From positions 45,322,001 through 45,386,000 of the forward strand of contig CM060734.1 in NCBI GenBank assembly GCA_030704615.1: DNA of 64,000 nt, given 5' to 3'. Numbering within the stretch: the first letter of the stretch is position 1; every line of letters begins with the position of its first letter. Position numbers and translations under genes: made by a program. This DNA is from Takakia lepidozioides (taxonomy: Eukaryota; Plantae; Bryophyta). Positions 25,506 to 36,659 of the stretch are shown in pieces. The notes below the pieces were generated by a model that worked only from the letters and a program-made list of their open reading frames with translations, was not told the origin of the DNA and did no database searches.

Positions 25506-26092
25506 GGGATGTATGCATTATCTTCTAAGCACCTTAGAGGCTTCACAATGCATGAGTTTGAAATCATTGGACAAGACAGCACTAGCAACAAGTTGTGGGT
25601 TTGTAGAGAGATCGACCTGCACCCTTACGGACGATCTTGGTCGTTTAAATGGTCTTTCTGGGTTTTCTCTTTCTCACAACGATCAATGAGAGCAGGGAGT
25701 TGAGAAAGGTAAGGGCAGAACCTGTTGTAGTGCTCTTTGGATTTGCACGAGTGCCCTGATTTATGCATCAGTAACCATGCATGCCACCACAGATAGTCTG
25801 GCTTCATACCTAGGGCCGGTGTTGGATTTCATCACGGAAGGAGGACAATTCATGCATAAGGGAAGGTACCAATGCCCATCAGTAATCACAACATCAGTTC
25901 TTTCACTGGCCAGATCTATGTGTGTGTTTGATAGTGGCTGGTTTGGCAAATCCAGCCTTGGCATACAGCGCATGACATACAAGCCGTCATTTTGCCACTA
26001 CCTCTCCCTTCCATCATGTAGGACCTCCCGCACGCAATCTACTGTTCTCAGGTGTTTCGTACGAGCCAAATTCTCTGTTAACAATTTCTAAT

Positions 26093-26110
26093 TACCCCGC
26101 ATCTCCACCA
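26093..26110 (-). promoter_or_regulatory. Primer-binding site complementary to the tRNA-Ala 3' end
   Basis: TGGTGGAGATGCGGGGTA directly follows the LTR's terminal CA. The plus strand TACCCCGCATCTCCACCA matches the 3' end of eukaryotic cytosolic tRNA-Ala(AGC) as I recall it. Confidence 0.85.
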
Positions 26111-26637
26111 TGATTCCGGCGCTATGGGTTTGTTCCCCTTCCTCTACTGGACTTAATCCTATCAATGGGGATGTAGTCGATAGATAGGCCTGGCAGAGAA
26201 GACGGAATCTCACAAAGAGAACGCAATAGAGTCGGACATCCAAAACGCATTCATCAACACACTCAAGCACACCGTTACACCAAATGTACACTCACGTAAG
26301 ATCCAAAAGCCACCACCCTCACTGCCAGTGCAGCTTAAATAATATTAGGTCGTAATCCTAGTGCCGCGTGACACTTACATATAGGTCAGCCAGATGCCCT
26401 TCCAACATAGCCATAGAAAGAAGCCAGATCACCCAGATCCATCCTAATCTAATCCTAAACTAACTGTTAGAATAAGACAACACCTAATAAAGCCATAAGC
26501 TGTTGCCAACTCATCCTCATGCGCAAAGTGCATCCAGACTTCATCCTGGTTTTGTCCATCCCTAAATCATCTGGAGCGCATCCCTCCTCCGTTCATCGAA
26601 GTCGAAAAAGCAGGTGAGGAGGAATCCCGGCTCCACA
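26111..26637 (-). repeat. 5' LTR of the gypsy element (527 bp)
   Basis: Reads TGTGGAGCC...GGAATCA on the minus strand, immediately followed by the PBS. Confidence 0.95.
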
Positions 26638-26890
26638 AGCCTATGATGTGAATAAATATAATAAATAATATAAATTTATCAGATAAAAAAAGTGACCGAT
26701 ATTACCCCTAAGGGGCGGACTGCGACAAATACTCTTTCTGTCAAGTCTATGAGAAAAATCGAAATTGCAAAAAAAAATAAAAAATGTGTTGGTGGATCCC
26801 CAAATGTGGACCAGATCTTCAGTTAGCCATAAATTAGCCCAATCCTTGAACTATTCTTCAACATGACTAGCTCAACAGGACTAAGGGCAG

Positions 26891-27679
26891 TACCATGCTA
26901 GCGGCACAACAACGGCACTGACGCGGACGTTGCAGGCTAGGGATTGTTGGATGATATAGGTCCATGTCACCAAGCGGCAGTGAATCGGCTACCACACTAT
27001 AGTAGAAGCCCAGCAGCGAAAAAATCGGTAGGAGATACCATCGCATGACAGGGTTGGAGAGACCAGCTTCGCCATGGAGGAGATTCGTGTCCTCACGACA
27101 AAATGTCTTCCTCAAATTGTGGATTTCCAGGGGACAATGCCTGGAAATCCGTATTTCACGGTAATGTGACATGTAGGCGCCAGGTAGCAGCCGCTAGTGT
27201 GGTAGGCAAAGCGGCACACTGACCTCCCTTAAACCAATAGGAGGGTCCAAAATTGAGTGCCATACCACACTAGCGGCACAACAACGGCACTGACGTGGAC
27301 GTTGCAGGCTAGGGATTGTTGGATGATATAGGTCCATGTCACCAAGCGGCAATTAATTGGCTACCACACTATAGCAGAAGCCCATCGGCAAAAAAATCGT
27401 TAGGAGATACCATCGCATGACGGGGTTGGAGAGACCAGCTACACGATGGAGGAGAATAGCGTCCTCACGACAAAATGTCTTCCTCAAATTGTGGATTACC
27501 ATGGGACATTGCCTGGAAATCCGTACTTCACGGTAATGTGACATGTAGGTGCCATGTCAACGCCTCTCCACCGGCAGCAGCTGCTAGTGTGGTAGGCAGA
27601 GCGGCACACTGCCCTCCCTCAAAACAATAGGAGGATCCGAAATTGAGTGCCGCTGCCCCTCTTGTCGCTAGTGTGGTAT
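26891..27679. repeat. Tandemly duplicated ~370-bp TIR-type element
   Basis: 26891-27260 is repeated at 27263-27650. TACCACACTAGCGGC is inverted to GCCGCTAGTGTGGTA at ~27191-27205, ~27581-27595 and ~27665-27679. Confidence 0.8.
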
Positions 27680-28639
27680 AGATTTCTATAACGGAAAAGA
27701 GGGACGATCAAACAGGCCAGCAGGCCGGTCAGGAGGAGGAGGAAGAAGCCGACCTGCGGATAACTGGTTAGTAGAATACTTTTTAAGCCTTCACACAATC
27801 AGAGCTCTGAAGGCCGTAGAAATCTTCTGTGTTTGCTTGCCATGATCCCAAGAGACATTTGAAGCCACACTTACATTCATGCCAGTGACATGCAGATATA
27901 GATCTCAAAAAGGGGTAGCAGAATGAAACCCAACGTCTCTCTGAAAAACAGCCATGGCTTACGTTCCTGAAAGAACAAATTCTGTCTGTTGAAAGCACAA
28001 TACAAAGTTCATAGTTTCAGTCTTTGTCGTCGATATTGTTTCTCCAACAAGTAATCACCGTTGACTAATGATCTACAACCATTGTGTATAAAGTAACACG
28101 AGACTTCCAAATCACTTTGGGATCTTGATAATTTATCCCTAGCTGGGATGGGATGATCGCAGCATTTCCTCCAAAAGGAAATGACTTCTACATAACTTGG
28201 TAACTGAGAAGACCTTCATCTAGGGGTGCATGCCCCTCTCACTTGTGATCCCGGGGGAAGGCGGCCTAGGCCTGGTAAGATTACTTTAAAACTTCTTGGC
28301 ATTGGAGTTGGGTCATAGTTTAAACCAGTGAGCACTATACCTGGAAAACCATGCACCCCATGTTAGCAAACTAACATGAAAAGAGGTGTCATTCTTCATA
28401 AGATGGACCTAAGAGGTCTGTCAATGTGCTAATTAAGAATTTTCGCTTTTGCTTCTATGATGAGAGCCAAAATACTCCACTGTTCTCCTTTATGCCCACC
28501 AAAAATGTGCACAAAACTTACACTAATATCACTGGGAAGTCACGCAGCAACTAAACAAACATAATCTCCTCACTTGACCTGTTGACCTGATTCAAATGAA
28601 TGGATCCTCCTCTCAGCTACGCACTCATTGATTTCATGG

Positions 28640-31291
28640 TCTCAAGAGGCAACTCACCATGGCTGGGAATGCCCAAAACTTCAGTGGGAGGCACGTTTGC
28701 AATGAACAGCACCTTCTTACCGACAGCATCCTCCACATCCATCACATACTTGCACTCTGAGACAACTGTCCTCACTTCACATCCTATATCCACCTGCATC
28801 CAATCCAGCACCACTGTAACTCTCCGTTCAAATGTCCAAACTTAACATCTCGTGCGGTTCACAACCTTAAATCTGTTGCTTGCTGAATCTCTTTGGCCTT
28901 CGTCAAGCGCGCAAACTTGTATAGAAGAGCCCAATGGAAGGTTGCAGATTAAACTTCACATAGTAGAAAGAGGATGTACTCATACGACAATGTTTGCCAT
29001 AGCCTTGTGGCCGACCCCGTGCCCAGTTTGAGTGGAACACAAAGGGACAGAAACTACCTTTGTCAGGAGCGACGCCAGTAGTATGACTTACCTTGGAACA
29101 GACAATTGATCCGAGTTTTCCAGATATCCTCCAGAAATCCCTATACACAAGCATCAATCTGCTGTGTGTCATTTGCCCAATGACTAGGCCCCACGAGGGC
29201 CGGGGCTTTTGGCTCAGCCTTGAGATTTTCAAAGTTGGTAAACAGAGGTACAGGAACAGATACCTTGATGGATTTGAAGAGGGTGTCACTCTGGTGAGAG
29301 TACCCAGGACAATGAATCAGAAAGTGAATATTGTCCTCAGGTTGCCCACACAACGGGCATTTGCAATCCCCCTTCCCTCTCTGCATCAAATTGCAGAGAG
29401 GAAAAGAGAGACGGAAATGGGCAGGGCGAGGAAGGGGGCTGATTGAATCTACTTTCATCAGACTGGCCGGTACCTTTCACCCTTCTGAATGTTGTGTTTA
29501 GCTTCAGAGCTGACATATATGCTACTGAACTTTTGCCATCACTGGAGAAAAAAGTAAGAAAGTGATAAACATTATATATCCACAGGGGAACACAACAAGT
29601 ACCCACTGCAACAGACATCAAACGACAAGAGAATGTATTCATAAGAAGTTGTTTGCCGTAGCCTTGTGGCCATAGACCGCACACCCAGTTGGAACAGATA
29701 CTACCTTTGTGAGGGGCTCACCCCAGCAGTGGGACTTACCTTGATATAAACAAATAGTTTGGGCTTTCGAGATTTCCTCTAGAAAGCACTTCACGCAAGC
29801 ATCAACTTGCTGAATGTGAGCTGCCCAGCAATTACACCCCACCAGGGCCGGGGCTTTAGGCCCGGCCTCCAAATTTTGAAGTTAGTTGACATACGTGCAA
29901 GACCATGTTCTTGATGGTCCAGAAGAGGGTAACTCTCTGATGAGAATACCCCGGACATTGTAGCACATCAGGCTTTGATAATCTTCCTTTCCTCTATGTA
30001 TATTGTTCAAGGTAGACTCCCTGCTCTGAGTTTGAATTCCAGTCTAGTGTCGAGGGTAGGTAGGCCCTTCAGATCATCCTTAAGGTCCTCATCCATGTCA
30101 CAAAATGGAAACAAGTTCAGGCAAGTTTTATCCCTTCATTTTGTTCAGACAAGAGAATGAGAGAGAGAGAGGTCTTACAGTCAGCTGTAAGTGTGTACGA
30201 CTAAGTGTGGGCTTCCCGCGATTCACACTCATCTCTGCATCTGTCACTGCCTTAGCATCTGTCTGCACTCAGCGCCAGTGACAATATTAGATTGTTCAAC
30301 CGTAATCATATAAACAAGGCCTGGCCAAATTCCTTTAAGAACACAGCTTAAGTCTTTTACGTCTGAAGACTGCAGATCAAGCCTCCCCTGCAGTTGTCTG
30401 CAAGCACCCGGCTGCCCAAAATGCAATCAGTATGTCAGCCTTGTGAGCCTCCAACAGAGATCCAGGTGGTTTGGGCACAATAGCCTCACTCTAGACTTTG
30501 AATCCACATCTGCAATCCTCGGACATTAATTTACAGGAGCCCCGGCCACAGAATGGGACATTGCCTCAGAAACTATGGTAGTTAGGTTCATTGAGTCTTC
30601 TGGGACGAGACTAGGGAGTGTTGGTACCAAATTACAAACAAGAGATTCAGTAACCCTTATGAGGCTTACAATGCTGCTGCTTCTGGTAAATAACTACACT
30701 GTTTGCAAGGTAAAGACAGTCAATTTGAAAACTATAGAGGGAGAAACCTTCAACTCAATAAAAATGTACTTACAATGATGCCAACCCGAATGTCCACAGC
30801 TTCAACAGTTGAATGGTCAATCTCAGGCTTGACAGTAGGGCACGCCACGCGGCTAGTGGTCTCTGGCACCTCTGTTGTTTCGGTATGGGACCGAACAATG
30901 CCCCGCTTTGCTGTACATCTTTGCAACCTCACCCCTGTACTGTCAACACTTCCATTTAAGAAATTCACCTGCCAGTTTTTCTGCACTTCTTTCGAATGTC
31001 ACCACTTCCTCTTCTTCGATTGACTCATAATTCCTTTATTGTAGAGAGATTCTAAACGGAAACAGAACTTGACTGCGTCACTTACAAACTATTTCTTTAC
31101 CACTTACTTGGAAATGCAGAAGCGGGGCCGATGGACTTAGTAGATCCAAAAGAAGATGCCCAAGAGGACAGCACATTTCTTCTCAAATACCTCGCACTGA
31201 CAGTTCCTGGAACTCCTGGAGTCCTTTCGGACACCTGCGGCCGCACTATGCTAGTTGTTGGGCAACATTGTGATACCACCACAATGGCCAT
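28640..31291 (-). pseudogene. Split gene or relic for a tRNA-binding OB-fold (Trbp111/EMAP II/MetRS C-terminal-like) protein with a Ser-rich N-terminal extension
   Basis: Exon 31291-31108 is Ser/Arg-rich with a GTAAG donor. A second exon ends VEAVDIRVGII|GTAAGT (~30773). A further exon reads VDIGCEVRTVVSECKYVMDVEDAVGKKVLFIANVPPTEVLGIPSHG (~28795-28655). The middle exon(s) are unresolved. Confidence 0.55.
28950..30000 (-). mobile_element. Two diverged LINE 3'-end fragments in tandem
   Basis: CPLCGQPEDNIHFLIHCPGY zinc knuckle. PKAPALVG..QQ(I/V)DACV and the downstream UTR occur twice (~28980-29400 and ~29630-29970). Confidence 0.65.
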
Positions 31292-34124
31292 TTTTACTGC
31301 TCAACGACACACTCTCACTCAACTTTCTCGTGCTCTCTCTCTAAGTTACACAGTCTGCACACCCACAGTTGAGTAGGCGGTGGCTGGACCTGTGGATTGG
31401 AGTTCAATCCCCTGTTGGTTCGTGGCCTTTGGGTCTGGGGTGGAGTCCCTTTTCTCCTCCCCAAGAACTCCCAAGTTTTCTCTTTTATTCTGTTGGCCCA
31501 CTTTGCCAGTCAAAGAGTAGCTTATTGACTAGGTACAAGAAGATCAGTTGGTTAGAAGGGGTCCTAAATTGGCTTTTAGTCAAGTTCATTGTGATAGTAT
31601 CTGTTGTGCTGTATGCAATGGGGCTACAACAACTTTCTCCAGGTCACAAATTACAACCTTTCTCCTCAGTGGATGCTCGACTGAGGCTGCTCAGGTGAAG
31701 GGGAAGACACAGGCAAGGGAGGGACAGCGGTCAGAGAGGAGTGGAGGGACTTGGAGGGTGATAGTGTAGGGGGATCCATCAACCGTTGGGCTGTTGAAAG
31801 GGAGTCTCCTCAAAGGACATGAGTCGACTCCGGAGCGCTTCTATTTTTGGGGAGATGCTGAGTTGCCAAATGTTGCAGCCGCGTCCCTAAGAGCAGCAAT
31901 GCTCTTAGGGGGTGGAGGACATGAAAAACCTCGAATGTGGACAGATAGGGAGCAAGGGCAGCGGCCATGGACGCATGAAGAAATGGAACTTCTCTCTAGT
32001 ACAATGCAGGATTTTGAAGTGGGTTGGCTCATTCCCTCCAACCCATAAGTGCCCTCCTATCTGGGTGGTTTTGCACCTTGTGTTGTCTGGCATGCTCTTC
32101 TGTTTGCTTGCACTCTTGATGCCGCATTCCTGCTATGGTCTTTTCTTGCAAGCTAGAATTCCAGACTAATCATCGTTTCATTTTTATCTCAATGCAGTTC
32201 TTGACGCTCCCCTATATGAAGAAACATACGTACCACTGCAATAAGATCATAACTTTTGAGAGCCCAAAGAGGGAGATGTGGAAACTAAGTTAGAGATGGC
32301 CACACCATTACTAATGGGTGGAGGGAGTTCGCATTTGAACTAGACTTGAAGTTGGACGATTATGTCTTCTTCATTCGTGTTGCATGCTTGCATTTTGTTG
32401 TAAGAGTGTTTGACCAACTTGGGAGGGAGAAATCCAATGCCTCTAAGTCAGGAAAGTATCCCTGGTCTTGTAATTATCGACGTAGAGCGCTCCTACTTGC
32501 ACCCAAAATATCTCTGAAGATTTCCCATCAGTTGGAAAGAAGATCAAACTTGAAGGGAAGAGCAAGTGCAATTGTTTAAATTGCAAACATTCCAAATTGT
32601 AAGGCGCATACATCCATTGCATCAAGTGGGGAAAAGTTGAATGCACTGAGAGTGGACAACAACGTCAGTAAGGACAAAGAGCGTTGCCGGATGGAAGAGA
32701 CTAGAGAGCCTAGAAAGAGATGTCGCATTTGAAACAATCCGCAGATGTGTTCTGACAAATCTAATTGTTTACTTGTTGACCTCAAAGAATTGGGCAGTCT
32801 TATTTGTTTGTGGGTGCGGTTTACCGCATTGGCACGTATAATCGCGTGAATAGAATTTTTAATATGTTTTTTTAAAATAGTATTTAAATAATTTCGTGAG
32901 TTTCACGACCTTGTTTCGGCTTAAAACATTACCTTTTGCAAGGATTGACACAAGCTTGCACACATCTGCGCAAACCGACGTCCCTGTATTCCTCCCCAGT
33001 CATCTTTCCCTTGGCTTTTCAATGTCATCTTGAGGTCTTCCCAGGTGTTTCCCTTTTCCGAAAAAATAACAAGAGAAAAAAAAGAAAAAAGAAAGGGACA
33101 CAACAGAGCCGTGGCCTGGGGGTAAGCCACTCGTGTATTGGCCTTTGGGTCTGGGGTTCAAACGTTCAAACGCCTTCGGGCTGGGGCTTTGCCCCTGTAA
33201 TGCCTCCATGGCTCAGGAAGGGGGTTTACTTTCCCCCTCAACTTGAGGGCCCAGTTGCTGGGGCTGGTGTTACCTTGGAAACCAAAAAAAAAAGCACATT
33301 GAGAGGGATGTAGCCCTGACGGCTGTTGGCCAAAGGGTCTGGGCTTCACTCCCCTGTGCTGCTGCCTTTGCGCTGGGGCTCTGTCTGCTTGATTGGATGG
33401 CTTTTCCTGCCTATCTGCAATACCCCATTAGCTCTTTGGCAGCCAGATTTGTAAGTGAATTTTTCACGTTTGGTTTCCCATTCCTTTGTTTGGGTACCAC
33501 ATATTCTTGCCTCAGAAGCTTGGTTTTCCGCCAATGATATTGTCTCAAACAGCTCCACCCCAAGGGAGAACTCTTGGGAAACATTTTCTCCATAGCAAAA
33601 TGAACAGGTATCTTCTTCTCTTTGGCCGCACATATGTCTAATGAGAATTATCTTTTCCTTCAAGATTTCCTCTAAAATTAGATTACAAAGGGAAAGAAAC
33701 ATGGAAAGTGTAACTTTTTTTTTTAAAAAAAAATGTCAATGATACCCTTTGAAATCTTGCTTTGCACAATATTTAAAAATATTAAGAAAAATACATACAT
33801 ACATATAGACATACTTACATAGAAACAAAGGGCCCTGCATCTAGGTTGCTCGCTTTAGAAATACACCACCTGGTTTAGTTTCCATTGATCTGTTTGCAGG
33901 CGGTCACATTTCGTTACAAGCTACGGCCGGTTTCTTGCTTGTTGTTTTCTAAAACCAGTGAATCTCTGGCTCCTTTTGAAAGCTTCCCCCTAGGAGGACG
34001 GTTCTGGGTGCGATTCGATCAATTTTTTATTGGTTATATTTTCCATGCCTCTATCTAATATGATTTACAGGGCCTCCATCCCCTTTTACTAAAAATGGGG
34101 GCCAGCTTGTAATCTTGTGATAGA

Positions 34125-35812
34125 AAGCAATGACATCAGTGGCAACAGGCATCCGCTATATCAGTTTGTGCGATATTAAAGCATGGCCTTGGGGATCCTG
34201 CAACAACACATACAGCAGCTTGTCCAACCGGCCAGGTCTCAGCAGCGCTGTCTTCCAAGAGCACTTTAACTACAAAAAGTCTCTCGACTTCAAGGATCAT
34301 ACAACTGACCTGCAGTCACCATAAACACTTTCCAAACTATCCTATTGGCTCCTTCTGTAACCTGGTTGTTGATTCACTTCACCTTAAGCCTCTACTCCGT
34401 GTTTCAAAACCACCAGATCATATATGATCTACCAGCCTTGGCAATTGCTTACGGTGCTCCAACATATCCAGCTGATTTCCTCCAAGACGTGAGATAAAAA
34501 TCTAGTTGTGCAAAAATTAAGCTAACTCATAGCACAATAAACCTCTCACCAACTAGTGGCAGCGATGAGGAAAACGCTCTTCTGCTGCCCTAACCAATCC
34601 CCCTCCATCTCTGTCACTAACTGCATTGCAACCAATAATCAAAATTATAAGCAGCCACTCTCAGTAATCAACAGCCCAATGTCTCAAGCTTATATTTCAT
34701 AATCACACTCCTGAAAGACACAGAAAAAGAGAAAATTCATATTTATTTTAGTTTGTTCTGGAACGTGTTTCCTTCCCCTCACAAAAGAAGAAAGAAAGTC
34801 CACTGATGCAGAACAGGAGAATATTGATACCACCACTCACAGCTCAAGGAAGCAAGGGGACATGTAAGACGAGGCTCCATGACACACACTACCATCTGTA
34901 TTCTATCACAGCCACTCTAGAAAATGCAGCATTATGGCCAATGGTACTGGATGTAGGGTGAGGTAGCATTACCTCATCGACAACCCGCTCCGCAGCGCCA
35001 TTCCCATCGCTGCCACGCCATGGTGCAATGCCATCCATCTACATATAAAAGCAAACCATCATTACAACACAGCGACTTCAATCTGCACAACTAAAAGCAA
35101 GCAATGCCATCAGACTTCCTTTTTGGCCAAAGATTGCCGTGCCTTTAAATTTAAATCGTTGCTCAACAAGTACGCTGGAGAAAGTGGGCGTAGTGATCAT
35201 CAGCTGTTCACACCATTTGTTTTGATGAGGTTATTCCCATCTTTTTCTGGAACTAATGCCCCTAGATGCATACATTTGGCGCAGCAATTTGCATGCCAAA
35301 TGGAAGCGACAATACCAAGTTCAACAACATCAGGAGAACATAAACATATTGAATGAGTATGTGAAACAGATCATGAGATCTTTGAATTTATTTTTTCCAA
35401 TGCTGATATATGCAAAAGAGCCAACTTCAAGTTGGCAGAATAAAGTTGAACAAAGTAGGCACTACCTGATATGAGGTGAGACTGTGATTGGAAATGCATA
35501 ATCAGGAAAGCCTGTGAAATCAGTGTGGGGAAAAATGTTAACATTGGGAGAACAGATAATCATCTCACCAGCCGGTGTTCAGTACAACAAACACAAGGAA
35601 GTCAATGATGACACTTACATGAAATGGAAGCCTAGACCTATTGTTCTCAACCACTATATTCATAAATTTCACGTTCCTTACACTTATTTCAGTTACATGG
35701 TCCAAAAGCAGAGCCCATGAATTAACCTTGATAAAGGCACCTGCGTCATTAGCACTAGCTTTTGCCACAACAGTCTTGCCACAGCCAGGAGGTCTGTAGA
35801 GCAACACCCAGT
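34125..35812 (-). pseudogene. CDC48C/NVL-type AAA+ ATPase (D2 domain) pseudogene with internal inversion
   Basis: Minus strand: LLYRPPGCGKTVVAKASANDAG (35730-35810), MDGIAPWRGSDGNGAAERVVDE (34973-35038), LVTEMEG..VFLIAAT (34552-34620), LLRPGRLDKLLYV..MPVATDV (34130-34250). Plus strand: LLNKYAGES..QLF..FDE (35159-35229). Confidence 0.8.
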
Positions 35813-36659
35813 AGCCAAGTCCAGGCCCAAAGCCTTATTCACCCACAAAGTAGCGTCGTAGCACACAAGCCTTCAACTGATGCAGCTCAGTATTGCAAAA
35901 TTACGCTTCACCGTAGCCAAAACTGATCCTGACCTTCATTTTGGAAGTTCATGTTTCATGACTTACAGAGTGGTAATGCACTTCCGGGTGCTTGATAGGT
36001 CTGGATATCGAAAACTCGAGCTCCTCACGCACAGAGCCCAAGTAAACCCTTCACGTTTGGCTCATTCCAAGCGCATCCTGCATGAACAAATAGCTTTTTC
36101 ACTCAGCACAACATTCACTGGGTTCCTGTATCAGATAAGGAAGGGGGGTAGAGACGGCTCATGTCCATACTTCAGCTCTAGCCATAATCCAATCTTTCAG
36201 ACTATTTTCCACCTATGGCCATCAACAGCCAGGAGACAATCACTGAACTCCATGACGAGGATACTCGACTTTGGTCACCTGCAAATTCTCCCTTTTCCGG
36301 AAGAGAGCTGAGGGCAATTCACCAGTGCAAACGCTCACAACAAACCACTTCTACAACTCTTCCTAGTCGAAAGAAACGGGCTGTTCTTACCACTTTACAC
36401 CACACGTCATCGTACATCATGCCTCAACTCACCTCTTTACGACGAACGGGTGGTCCTTAGCCTCCTTCCTTGCTTTCTCGATTGTCTGTGAATGGATTAG
36501 CAAACAATTTCAAGTCACGGAGCTACCAGAGGAGTACGTTGGAGTGCGTTGAGACTGTATTGTTTCACGGTTTAAATCAAAACGTATAAGTCCCTCCTGT
36601 CAGGGTTGTCTCCACCCCAACGCAGACGCCATCCTCCCTCCCTCTGTGGAGGACTTTGA

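Larger units (their letters stand above)
15474..26637 (-). mobile_element. Ty3/gypsy LTR retrotransposon (degenerate, with two nested insertions)
   Basis: Two ~95% similar TG..CA LTRs, tRNA-Ala PBS and domain order PR-(dUTPase-like)-RT-RH-INT. Flanks are AGCCA / AGCCT. Confidence 0.95.

Noticed and set aside
26093-26110. tRNA-Ala gene
   Set aside because: Only the 3' 18 nt including CCA are present, adjacent to an LTR, so it is a PBS.
31794-32048. Myb/SANT-like exon (PWTHEEMELL)
   Set aside because: It is a single short motif, and I could not extend it into further repeats or a gene model.
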